57,942 bases of DNA from Paraspadella gotoi. Its lineage: Eukaryota; Animalia; Chaetognatha. This document shows, piece by piece, positions 25,478 to 38,543 of the stretch. A program made the position numbers and the translations under genes. The notes beneath the pieces are model-generated. The model was not told where the DNA came from, ran no database searches, and saw only the letters and a list, made by a program, of their open reading frames with translations. Numbering within the stretch: position 1 is the stretch's first letter; each line of letters starts with the position of its first letter. The stretch lies in the NCBI GenBank assembly GCA_051294375.1, contig CM119264.1:22534836-22592777 (forward strand), read 5' to 3'.

Positions 25478-26780
25478 TTAAACAGAGGAAAAAGTGTTAC
25501 ATCGTTTTGAAAACAAAAAGTATTAATTTTTTTAAAAAACCTTTAAATATTATAAATGTTTCATTTTCTACATATTAAAGATAGGACCACTTAAATTAAT
25601 AAAGCAATTAATTTACGATTTCAAATATTCAGTATAGAATATTAAATAATAATCTAAAACTAATTATTTATCAATTTTTGGATGTTCCTCTTGCCTTCGG
25701 GAAATACATATAACATGCCTGCTATGTTATTATCTTGTAAGTGTGATGGAGGCCTTAAACCACCAAAGCCTGTCCAAAGTCAGGGACAAGATAGCTTATT
25801 TATTAAATGAATGGATAATTTTTATATTGGTTGTACCAATTTCATATAGCATATACATACGTAATATACATGAAAAAAAGTATTTATATCCGAACAGAGA
25901 CCTTTTTTCTTGGCTCAAAAAAGTCAAAATACTAAAATTCCAAGTTTCGGCCGTTAAAATTTTTTTAAACAAAATGGGAAATTCTAATTGAAAAAATTCG
26001 ACCTTTTTTTTTCTCCTTTTAGATTCGGCGAATGTTTTTCGGGATTCTGTTAATCAAAAATTTCCGTCGGATCGGACTGTGAACGAATAGCGCCGGCGCG
26101 CGNNNNNNNNNNNNNNNNNNNNNNNNNTACTCCCATTGAGTAACAGATGAAAAAGTGTTTACATCGTTTGAAAACAAAAAGTATTAATTTTTTAAAAAAC
26201 CTTTAAATATTATAAATGTGTTCATTTTCTACATATTAAAGATAGGACCCTTAAATTAATAAAGCAATTAATTTACGATTTCAATATTCAGTATAGAATA
26301 TTAAATAATAATCTAAAACTAATTATTTATCAATTTTGGATGTTCCTCTTGCCTTCGGGAAATACATATAACATGCCTGCTATGTATTATCTTGTAAGTG
26401 TGATGGAGGCCTTAAACCACCAAAGCCTGTCCAAAGTCAGGGACAAGATAGCTTATTTATTAAATGAATGGATAATTTATTTTATATTGTTACCAATTTC
26501 ATATAGCATATACATACGTAATATACATGCAAAAAAATATTTATATTCCGAACAGAGACCTTTTTTCTTGGCTCAAAAAAGTCAAAATACTAAAATTCCA
26601 AGTTTCGCCGTTAAAAATTTTTTTTAAACAAAATGGGAAATTCTTAATGAAAAAAAATTCGACCTTTTTTTTTCTCCCTTTTAGAGTTCGGCGAATTTTT
26701 TTTCTTTCTGGGATTCTGTTAAATTCAAAAATTTCCCCTTCGGTCGGATCGGACTGTGAACGAATAGCGCCCGGCGCGCG
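25478..26780 (+). repeat. Direct tandem duplication (~620 bp) across a 25-N gap: 25478-26102 versus ~26130-26780
   Basis: Near-identical sequence differing mainly by homopolymer indels; also gives twin spurious ORFs (MEALNHQSLSKVRDKIAY). Confidence 0.92.
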
Positions 26781-27757
26781 ATGGAGAGAGAGAGAGAGAG
26801 ATGGGCGGAGAGAAGAGACCGGAGGTGGAGAGATGAGAGAAGAGAGAGAGACTCGAACCTGGACTCTCCTGAGAGGGGGTACACCGTGAGAGACGAGAAA
26901 TGAGTGACAGAGACGATGCAGAGAGGATGAGAGCGATAGAGTTAGTCTGATAGGCAGCAGGAAGGACGCAGGAAGGAGAGAATGAGAGAGAGAGAGAGAG
27001 TGACCGAGGGAAGAGAGGAGGAGAGAGAGAGCAGAGAAGATGAGAAGAGAGACTTCGTTAATTGGGGGGCCTTAGACCCTCCCCCGCTCACCCATTGAAT
27101 TGTTTTGAGTGGTGGATTTGAGAGTCGATGGTAGTGTCCGTAACCGTCCTCGTAAACGAGTCTGGAAATCCGTTATTCGTCTGGCCTCCAGATTTAATTC
27201 TCCTCACTCTCACTCTCTCTCTTTTCTCTCTCTCTCTTACTCTCTCCTCTCTCTCTCTCCCTCTCTCCTCTCTCTCTCTCTTCTTCTCTTCTCTCTCTCT
27301 CTCCTCGCTTCTCTGTTTGGCCTCTATGTCTTTGTCTCTATTAGTTTCTCTATGTCATTCACAGCTTCTCAAAAGTCTCAAATATAATTACAGCTTTATA
27401 CAAATCTATTTGTTCCCCTTGAAAATATTTCCTTTCTTGAGGGCATGGGGTACTTGGATTTACCCAAAGCGGAAAATGACGCCTTCACTTCCTTCTAACC
27501 CAGTCGACTTTGAACCCAGCCCCAGCCTTTTTTCTCACCCTGCCCACCCGCCTCCTTCCGTTGTCCCCCTCCCCACCTCCGCTTTTCCATCTCGTTCGAT
27601 TTTTTTCTCTTTTCATTTTTCTTCCTTTTTCGTATGCTCCGTTGAGAAAAAAAAACTCGAAGCTCATTAATATTTAATTATTTGTGAATTCTTTTTTTTT
27701 GGTCGCGATTCTCTCTACTCTCGTTCTCTTTTTTTTTCCTCTGTCTTTTCCCCCCTC

Positions 27758-27804
<47 letters not shown>

Positions 27805-28137
27805 CTCTCTCTCTCCTCTCTCGAATCTCTCTCTCTCCCCTCTCTTCTTTTCTCACTCTCACGTCACTTCTACGGGATCTGTATTTCACACTACTCTCCT
27901 ATTCTTCTTGTCGCGCAAAATCTAAACCTTAGGTCGCTTCCCAAGTTATCCTTCGTTTAATTGTCCGTCCCCTTTCCCTCGTCGTCTTCGGTTCTTTGCT
28001 TCGTCGTTCGGCTGCGTTCGTCGTGTCCGTCGAACGTACCGCCCGTCCTTTATCGTCTCCGTTCGTCGCTTTCGTTTTGCCTGATAGCTTCACGACGGAT
28101 TGTCGTTTCCCTGATCGTCTCGCCGTCGCAACGCGTC

Positions 28138-28185
<48 letters not shown>

Positions 28186-28216
28186 TCTCTCTCTCTCTCT
28201 TCTCTCTCTCTCTCTT

Positions 28217-28253
<37 letters not shown>

Positions 28254-29171
28254 CCTCGTCAGTCACGTCGCGCTATCATTTGTTCTCTCCTTTCTTTCGC
28301 ATATTTTTTTTATACTTTCGTACTTCGTCGAAAAATCTTTTTTTTCGTATCGTCATTCCTGAATTCATTTTTAATCAAGTTTATCGATTTTTTTGTGACG
28401 CACGAAAACAACATAGAAAACAAATTCATCGCCTTTTTTTAAAAATCTGAAAGTCAACGTGGAATTGAACAGAAAACAGATGGAACTTTTATAAATATTT
28501 TCATTCTAATTATCGACGATATAAAAAAATTTCTACCGATTTTTTATTCCATACTCGATAGGAGTTCCGTTTTATAACTGCTCGACAATTTTATTTATCT
28601 ATGTAAATAAGTATTCGTCGGCAAAATGTTGATAAACAAAAAAATTTTTCTTCGAAACGTATAATTTACGTACACATTTATTGCGGCTTGTATCTTAAAA
28701 AATAAGGCAATACCGTCGCAATACAAACGTTTATCAACATACTATTTTACCGTTTATTATTGGAGAAAACTCTCATACGTGTTTTGCAGGTATTTGTTGC
28801 CACGTTTACTCGACCTAGTGCAGCTTTGGTAAAGGTCACTTCTCGTTTATTACTTGCGCGGACGTAAGTAATAACGCTAATCCTTAACGAGGACGTTGCG
28901 GTGACTCAAAAATAAGAAGTCTTTGTCCTCTTTCTTTTTTTGTTTTTCTTTAATATAACAAAAAAAAATAAAATTAAAGAAATTTATGCTTTTCTTGATA
29001 TATTTATTTTTCGTCGAAAAATGTTGACAAAAAAATAGGAAAGTCGCTCTTGTTTTGTCTTCGAAATTAATTCCAATTACATCTGATCGACTTTCACCGT
29101 ATGGAAGGAAAAAAAACGTTAATAAGGAAGTATAGTTTGATCAACGTATTAGGAATTATATGATATTCTTA

Positions 29172-29213
<42 letters not shown>

Positions 29214-30316
29214 TTTTTTCTTTGATGATTTGTTCTCTATGTAATTCCAAGATATTTCCAATTAGTTCTTAGTTAGTAACTAACATTGTTAGTAACAACG
29301 ATAATTGTTGCTTTTTCTTTTCTTTTTTTTCTATTTTTTTAAAACTGATTCTCAGCTAATCGTTTGTAGATCAAAAACTGTTTCGATGCTACTAATTTTT
29401 TTTTTCCTAAAATCCATAAATTATATTAAATGTTGAAAATGTGTGAAAATGTTAATTTTAAAATTTTGGTCTTGGCCTTGGCTTATGAATGGAAGACGCA
29501 AAGATATCGACGAAATATAAAGTAGTAGTTCATCAAGACGATTCATTTTTAACTCTAATTATCTCTTTTGAAATGTTCTCGAAACCTTTCGCCCCTGAAT
29601 CGATTTTCCGAGGGATGAGAGGTGATGTCAGACTCTTTTTTTTTGTGGGGGAGGCCTTCCCCGTGGAAATCCCCTTTCGGCCTCTTGTTTATTCGCGAGC
29701 TTCGGGCAAATGGCATTTCCGATGGAAGTCGATGCTCTTTTTTTTCGGATTTTCCGCTTCGGGACGAAAAATCCTTTTCGATCTCAAATGATATTTAGAT
29801 TCGGATTAAACGTTTGCTCGCCAATGTTTTTGTTAATTAATCTATTTTTATTTTCTTTTGTTCAAGGTGAGTCTTCAAAACTAAGATAATACAAGGTTGG
29901 AGAGAATTTTTGATGTCCCGTTGAAGTCAAACCAATAAACTATGATTATAAAGTTTCGATTTTTAATTTGTCTCATTTATGTTACCAACCCTGTATTTCG
30001 TATTTTATCTTTCATCTTGCCTCTCAGCAAGTCTCTGCTTTCTTAGATAAACACTCCAAACCCTCTTTTTCCTCATCATTCCCACCACCGTCCCACCTTT
30101 TAACTCCTCCCACTTCCACTCTTTTCACCCCCGCCCTTCTTACGGCTCTTAATCTCGCTTCCTCTCGGCGGAAAATGGATCTGAGTCATTACAGAGGCTG
30201 AAATCGAAAACCCATCATAACCAAGAATTCTCCTTCTTTCTCATTTTCTTTTTTTTTCCCTTGGACCTTTTAGAAAAACTGTTTACTCTGTTTCTTTCGT
30301 TCTCTCTCTGCTCTCT

Positions 30317-30368
<52 letters not shown>

Positions 30369-30939
30369 CTCTCTCTCTCTCTCTCTTCTCCTTCTCCCTC
30401 TCCTTTCTCCCCCGGACTTTAATTTCGCGATACGATCTCATCGCCAGTGACTTACCACGTTTCTTTTTATCTTGTAAACTGATTCCCTTCGGACGCTCCT
30501 TTCTCCTCTCCATTCTCTCCCTTTCCTTCTTCCCTCCCTATCTCCCTCCTTTGACGCTCAACTCTCTTCTCCCCTTCTTACACTTCCTCCCGCTCTCCCA
30601 CATCCACCCCCGTCTTCTTCCCTTTCCTCCTTCCTCGGGCCCATCATTCCAATTAATTCCATTTTCATTCCGATCCAATCAGACGCCGCCGTTGCGGCGA
30701 TTGAGAGTCCGCGCTACTAACGCCTTTTTAGTCTCGCCGGCCATTCATCGGTTTTGAGATTTCGCTTCAACGACCAACCCTCGCCCTCGGCCAGCCAATC
30801 GGCGGCTCGCGTTCCGTTTGAGAATCCGACTCATTGACTTGACTTGGCCTCGTCTGGCCAATAACCGGCCTTTGGTTCCAAACGATTCTTTCTAATTGAT
30901 TTGTCTTTTGTTCTTTACGTCGTCACTGGATGGAACCTA

Positions 30940-30984
<45 letters not shown>

Positions 30985-31825
30985 CTCTCTCTCTCTCTCT
31001 CTCTCCTTCTACGAAAGATGAACGTTTTCTAATTCCGCCACTGTTTGCCTTCGCGAGGCAATCTTATTTTTTTATAATTGCAAAATTCATAATAACATAA
31101 ACAGAGCATCTTAGTACATCGATACAGTTTACAAAGTTTAGTTTGACGGCCTGCAATCAATTTTGAACGTGTACGCTATTTTAGGCAAACATCGTTACGG
31201 AAGTAAAGTGCGACAATGACGACCTCGAGGACGACGACGACGACGACGACGAATACATGAAGACGACGACGAAAGTTTTAATCTAATCTCGAAGGAAAAA
31301 AATACGAAAACCCCAAAACAAAAGACATAAGCGAAGGTCTGAACCGCGAGTCTCTCGGTTTCGCGACGAAAATGAAATTCTTTTTCCATTTCTGAGAAAA
31401 ACTGAGATCATCGTCGACCAGAATCGATCGAGAAGGACAATCATGGGAAGTTGGTGGATTCAAACCGCGGGTCCATCAAAGACAGAAAGTTAGAAAGAAA
31501 GAAAGGAATTAAGAAATCAAGAAGGATAGCGAGGAAAAAAAATAGAAATAGAAAGAATAAATAAAAAAAGAGAAAGAAAGAAAGAAATAAAGAAAAGAAA
31601 AGAAAGAAACCAACCGTAGCTGCGACGTATCGCCCCGAGAAAGCCCATCGGTCTTCAAAGTCCTCACGATCGTCGTCGTCGTCGTCGTCATCCCTGTCGT
31701 CTTCGTCATGGTCGCCGACGTCGTCTTCGTCATCGCTGTCGTTGAAAGCGAATATCCATACGAAATGTAATTAGTTGGATGTCAAGCTAAATAAAGTCCA
31801 TACAATGAGAAAGCGGCCGCCTGCG

Positions 31826-31872
<47 letters not shown>

Positions 31873-34429
31873 CCTCGTCTTTCCCTATTTGTTGTCCCAG
31901 ATAGTAACCGGGAAAAGACAATTTTAATTTCAAGCAGTTAATCAAGTCTGCGTCTTTTCTCCTTCAAAGAATTTTCTTTAGACTTTTTTTTTNNNNNNNN
32001 NNNNNNNNNNNNNNNNNNNNNNNNNNNNNNNNNNNNNNNNNNNNNNNNNNNNNNNNNNNNNNNNNNNNNNNNNNNNNNNNNNNNNNNNNNNNNNNNNNNN
32101 NNNNNNNNNNNNNNNNNNNNNNNNNNNNNNNNNNNNNNNNNNNNNNNNNNNNNNNNNNNNNNNNNNNNNNNNNNNNNNNNNNNNNNNNNNNNNNNNNNNN
32201 NNNNNNNNNNNNNNNNNNNNNNNNNNNNNNNNNNNNNNNNNNNNNNNNNAGAGAGAGACCAATCTTGAACGAGCGCGGGGATAGAAAATCAATTCGAGAG
32301 GAAACCATATTTGGCAGTAAATGTCAGTCTTTGAACAAATTCGTTTTGATTTCTTCGGAACCGGATGTAATTCGAATTAGGTTCTCTTTTGCGTCAGACC
32401 CGTATGTAACTCAACGCTTAAGCACTGAAAAGAGAATGACGCGATTAACTGCGTTCGTGAACTTTACCACTTCGTAATAAAATATACCGCGTTCTCGTCA
32501 CCTAAATCATTATCTTTATAATTTGCTTTTCATTATATGTGACAATGCGACCAGTTTTAGTTTAAAAATAACGTAACTTGACGCCGCATCGTGAGACAAA
32601 CCGGTTCTCCCTTTTTTTTTCTCCTGCACCATAAAAATCTCATCGCTTCGACGCAATCGTCGACAACCAAAACTAATCGATTCGCCAATTAACTCGTCCT
32701 CAAGGAGACGAGAACGCCTCCGACAGACCGACAGACCGACCGACAGACCGACCGACAGACAGACCGACCGACCGAAACTTGTTTAACTCGGGAGATAATT
32801 TTGGCGAAAGTAATGCGGTCGTGAAATTCGTGATTTCCGCGTTTTTATGAGGAGGAAAATGGAAATGTGAACGGGAAGGAAGTGGGGGTAGGAAAAGGGG
32901 GTGGGGGAGGGAGGAAAGGTATGAGTGGGAAGATGATGAAAGACGAGAAAGAGAGATGGAATAAGCGAAAGGAAAGAAAAAGACCGATAAGGAAAAAAAT
33001 ATAGAAAGAAGCGAGAGAGGAGAAGAGAAAAGAGGGAAGAGGTCGGGAGAGGAGGAGAGGAAGAGGAGGAGGATGAGGAGGGGAGGGTTTTGCCAATAGA
33101 AGGCATGAAAACTTCAATTTCCGTTCAAGTTGATGAAATAAGGCGACGGTGTTCGTACGAGTATTCAAAGGTTGCGATCAAATAAATGGAAATATTATAC
33201 ATGGCAATTCTCCAGTGAAAGGAGCCGAGAATTCAATTTCTCGGGGATATTGGATGTTTTCCTCGATTTTCCCTCTTTTTTTACTTTCCTTCTCTCTCTC
33301 TCTCTCTCTCTCTCTCTNNNNNNNNNNNNNNNNNNNNNNNNNNNNNNNNNNNNNNNNNNNNNNNNNNNNNNNNNNNNNNNNNNNNNNNNNNNNNNNNNNN
33401 NNNNNNNNNNNNNNNNNNNNNNNNNNNNNNNNNNNNNNNNNNNNNNNNNNNNNNNNNNCAAATTGAAAAGGTAAGACTCGAAGAAAGGTTTCCCTTTTTC
33501 AGGTTCTGATGGAAAAGACTCTAAACTCAGAACATCAAGGATAAAACAGAATTCAGAATTTATGCTTATTTTCTTAGTAATATTCTTTTTTCCATCGTAC
33601 CCTCATTTTTCTTTTTACTTAACTAATTTAATTTTCCTAGCTTATTTTTCGACTATGATCGCTTAACTTTTTGTTTGGTCCCAACCATTAGGCACCAACC
33701 CTGCATCATTGATTGAAAAATCTTTGAATCATCATTATTATAATTAATACTGATCAATATAAATACTTTTATTATCTCTCGGGGACAAAACTAAATATAA
33801 TATCGTATAAGATTTGTCTATTTCAATTTTTCTTCAGCATAAAACATGCGAAAGAGTTAACTCCACGAATTATAGCGAAATAGGTAACATATCTAATTAA
33901 TTTTTCTAATATTTTAAGATTTTAACGAGTTTCGTTAATTAAAAAGTTGTCCGAATCTCATCCATTCGCCGAATTTCGAGGATAATATTGTTTTTTGATT
34001 AAATCACTGTGTCGCCGAAAACACAAGAGGGGCGGTTCATATTAATTTCTCTCTCTCTCTCTCTCNNNNNNNNNNNNNNNNNNNNNNNNNNNNNNNNNNN
34101 NNNNNNNNNNNNNNNNNNNNNNNNNNNNNNNNNNNNNNNNNNNNNNNNNNNNNNNNNNNNNNNNNNNNNNNNNNNNNNNNNNNNNNNNNNNNTTTTTTCC
34201 CTTCAACCTCAACGAGACGTGAAAATTTTTCGTTATGAAACTTCATCCAATTTTCTCCGGCGTTCTCTCGTCGCGGCGTTCTTCGGCTTTGGCCGGCGTT
34301 TCCCGGCGACGTTCGGTCCTCGGCGTCGTCGGCGTCGTCGGCGCCGAAAAATTCATTTTGGGACACATCAAATTCTATTTCTAATATCCTCCCGCCGTAG
34401 ATGGGGGAAGACGACGATCTCGGCGTCGC

Positions 34430-34430
34430 A

Positions 34431-34483
<53 letters not shown>

Positions 34484-34508
34484 AGACGAAGACGAAGACG
34501 AAGACGAC
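34430..34508 (+). repeat. (GAC)n/(GAAGAC)n microsatellite; a similar (GTC)n tract lies at 31827-31872
   Basis: Directly visible. Confidence 0.9.
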
Positions 34509-36253
34509 TTTCCCCCCAAAACTCAATCTCGCACAATCGCAATATCATGGCTCTAACAAAAGTGAAAATGAAAAATTGAGAGAAAAAATATTTTTCGGTT
34601 ATCGCTTTATTGACTCTCTCTCTCTCTCTCTCTCTCTNNNNNNNNNNNNNNNNNNNNNNNNNNNNNNNNNNNNNNNNNNNNNNNNNNNNNNNNNNNNNNN
34701 NNNNNNNNNNNNNNNNNNNNNNNNNNNNNNNNNNNNNNNNNNNNNNNNNNNNNNNNNNNNNNNNNNNNNNNNNNNNNNNNNNNNNNNNNNNNNNNNNNNN
34801 NNNNNNNNNNNNNNNNNNNNNNNNNNNNNNNNNNNNNNNNNNNNNNNNNNNNNNTAATCCAATCACAATCACAAATTTATTTTCTCGGTGGCATCAAAAT
34901 TGACAGATTTTCCTCGCGCTAAATCTTCGATTTACGTAAAAATTATTTCCGTTTTTTTTTTTGTATGGAGGGCTTCTTGCTCTTAAAGACTGTCAATAAC
35001 TATATTTTTGATGCCATATATACTTAAAATGTTTTAAATATTTCCTTTTCAATTGACTTCTTCGTCCTTGACTTTTCTTTCTTTTCTCTTTGCTGTGTTA
35101 CTTATCTCTCCTCTTTTTAGCTTACTAGAGTTGCGTTTCCTTTTTCAATTTTTTTAAAACCTCTTCCCTCTTTTTCTCTATTTACTTTAATTTTCATATT
35201 TACCACCATCTTTGTACATTTACTTCTCTCTTCTTTTCTCTTTTTCTTTCAAATCATTTGCTTTCAAATTCTTTCTTCTGCCTTCAATTTTCTTTTTTCC
35301 TTTCCCCTTTGCCTTCCTCGCTCATGCTGGTCCCTCCCTCCACTTCCTTCTCTCATCCTCTCTATTTGCCTTCCTCTCTCAGCCTCTCTCCCTCTTCTTC
35401 CCTTTGCTTTCAACTTCTTGATTACTTTTGCCTTCAATTCTGCGTCAGATGTAAAAGGCTCCCGATAAAAGCAATTTCAGGAGAAAATTTGTTTACACTT
35501 CTGCAACGCCGAGCTGCCCCACGGNNNNNNNNNNNNNNNNNNNNNNNNNNNNNNNNNNNNNNNNNNNNNNNNNNNNNNNNNNNNNNNNNNNNNNNNNNNN
35601 NNNNNNNNNNNNNNNNNNNNNNNNNNNNNNNNNNNNNNNNNNNNNNNNNNNNNNNNNNNNNNNNNNNNNNNNNNNNNNNNNNNNNNNNNNNNNNNNNNNN
35701 NNNNNNNNNNNNNNNNNNNNNNNNNNNNNNNNNNNNNNNNNNAAATTTTTTCGTTTAACTGAATTGGGTCACCTTTTTTTCAACCGATTTTTTTTGTTTT
35801 GTTAAATTGCAATTTTAAACGCTCTCAACTAGATTTTATTTGCCGATTTGAAAAAAAGGTTCAATATTTGTTCAACTTCTCCGGTTCGCCCTTACTAAAC
35901 TGAGCTTCGTTCGAAAGGAGTCACGTAAATTCGAGTTTGTCCTAAATTTTTAAGCCGATATTCCTTTGATTGAATCGAATACCTCGCCGATCGGATTGCA
36001 TTGTATTGAATTGTTCACTAAACGCAGGGAACAGGACAACGATTCACTATAGTTATAAAAAACAAATGTTTTTATCTCTTTTTCCATCCGAATTAAGATC
36101 GATATGTTCTAGGAAGGAGCGCGGATTTCCAGCGCCGCTCCTCGTTAACCAAACGACGATCCTCCAATTAGCGTCGTGTCCTCCTGAGATCTCAGCGGGA
36201 GGAGGTTGTTAAGGGGNNNNNNNNNNNNNNNNNNNNNNNNNAGAGAGAGAGAC

Positions 36254-36290
<37 letters not shown>

Positions 36291-36436
36291 ATAGAAAATA
36301 TGAACCGGGGGCAGCTCGGCGTTGCCAAGAAGCTGTAAACGAATTTTCTCCTGAAATTGCTTTTATCGGGAGTTTTACATCTGACGCAGAATGAAAGGCA
36401 AAAGTAATCAAGAAGTTGAAAGCAAAAGGGAAGAAG

Positions 36437-36740
36437 AGGGAGAGAGGCTGAGAGAGGAAGGCAAATAGAGAGGATGAGAGAAAGGAAAGTGGAGGAGGGA
36501 CAGCATGAGCGAGGAAGGCACAAAGGAAGGGAAGAAGGGGGAGAGAGGCTGAGAGAGGAAGGCAAATATGAGAAGGATGAACGAAAAGGGGGAGCTGGAG
36601 GGAGGGACCAACGCATGAGCGAGGAAGGCAAAAGAAAAGTGGAAGAAAAGGGGGAGAGAGGCTGAGAGAGAAGGCAATACGAGAGGATGAGGAGAAGGAA
36701 GTGGAGGGAGGGACCAGATGAGCGAGGAAGCAGGGAAAGG
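36437..36740 (+). repeat. Tandem repeat of ~100-115 bp, three copies (GAGAGGCTGAGAGAGGAAGGCAAA...CATGAGCGAGGAAGGC)
   Basis: Unit starts near 36441, 36541 and 36655; only one copy in the homologous left arm (~35305-35400). Confidence 0.75.
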
Positions 36741-37196
36741 AAAAAAGAAAAATTGAAGGCAGAAGAAAGAATTTGAAACAAATTGATTTGAAGAAAAGAT
36801 AAAAAGAGAGAAGTAATGTACAACAGATGGGTGTAAAATCATGAAAATTAAAGTAAATTAGGAAAGAGGGGAAGAGGTTTTTAAAAAAATTGAAAAAGGA
36901 AAAGCAACTCTGGTAAGCTAAAAGAGAAGGACAGATAAGTAACAAGCAAAGAGAAAGAAGAAAAAGTCAAGGACGAAGAAAGTCAATTGAAAAAGCGAAA
37001 TATTTAAAACATTTAAGTATATATCGGCATCAAAAAATAGTTTTATTGACGTCTTTAATAGCAAGAGCCCTCCCATATGAAAAAAAAAACGGATATAATT
37101 TTTCGCAAATCGGAAGATTTAGCGCGAGGAATCTTCTCAATTTTGATCCACCCGACGAATAAATTTTGTGATTGTGAATTGATTTATGCGGTTGGG

Positions 37197-37243
<47 letters not shown>

Positions 37244-37292
37244 GGAGAGAGAGGAGAGAGAGAGAGAGAGAGGGAGAGAGGAGAGAGAGAGG

Positions 37293-37339
<47 letters not shown>

Positions 37340-38504
37340 GAGAGAGAGAGAGCAGCAGAGAGAGGAGAAGAAAGAGTCAATAAAGCGATAACCGAAAAAT
37401 ATTTTTTCTCTCTCAATTTTTTCATTTTCACGTTTTGTTAGAGCCATGAATGCGATTGTGCGAGATTGAGTTTTGGGGGGAAAGTCGCCTTCGTCGCGTC
37501 GTCGTCGTCGTCGTCGTCTGCGACGACCGAGATTCGTCGTCTTCCCCCATCTACGGCGGAGATATTAGAAATAGAATTTGATGTGTCCAAAGAAATGAAT
37601 TTTTCGGCCGGACGACGCCCGCGACGCCGAGGACCCGAACAGTCGCCTGGGAAACGCCGGCCAAAGACCGAAGAACGCGCCGCGACGAGAGACGTCGGAG
37701 AAAAATTGGATGAAAGTTTCATAACGAAAAATTTTTTCACAGGTCCCTTCGTTGAAGGGGTTTGTTGGGAAGGGAAAAAAGTGGAATTAATAATAAAAAA
37801 AAGCAGAGAGAGAGAGAGAGAGAGAAAGGAGACAATTAATATGAACCGCCCTTTGTGTTTTCGGACGACACAGTGATTTATTATTATATTAATTATTATA
37901 TTATTAATTTTATTATTTATTTTATTATCTCTGAATTCGGGGCGAATGGATGAGATTCTTTTTAATTTAACGAAACTCGTTAAAATCTTTAAATATTAGA
38001 AAAAATTAATTGTATTTTACCTATTCCGCTATAATTTTCGTGAGTTAACTCTTTCGCATGTTTATGCTGAAGGAAAATTGAATAGACAAATCCTTATTCC
38101 GACTATTAAATATTTTAAGTTTTGTCCCCGAGAGATTAATAAAAGTATTTATAATTGTCAGTATTATTTTTATAAATAATGATGAGATCCAAGATTTTTC
38201 TATCAATGATTGCAAGGTTGGTTCCTAATAGGTATTGGGACCAAACAAAAAGTTTCAGGCGATCATAGTCGGAAATAAGGCTATGGAGGAAATTAAATTA
38301 GTTAAGTAAAAAGAAATGAGGGTAGAGGAAAAGATATTACTAAGAGAAAGATAATAAGCATAAATTCGAATTCTGGTTTTATCCTTGATGTTCTGATTTT
38401 AGGCAAGTCTTTTCCATTCAGAATCCCTGATAAAAAGCGGAACCTTTTTTCCTTCGGAGAGTTTTACCGCTTTTCAATTTTTGCATTGTCGCTGAGAGAG
38501 AGAG

Positions 38505-38543
<39 letters not shown>

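Noticed and set aside
25743-26627. Apparent tandem gene pair (MEALNHQSLSKVRDKIAY...)
   Set aside because: Overlap duplication across a 25-N gap; AT-rich, frames diverge by indels, no recognisable domain.
26848-26890. tRNA gene (GGTTCGAGTC B-box on the minus strand)
   Set aside because: No cloverleaf or acceptor stem; embedded in noisy GA-rich sequence.
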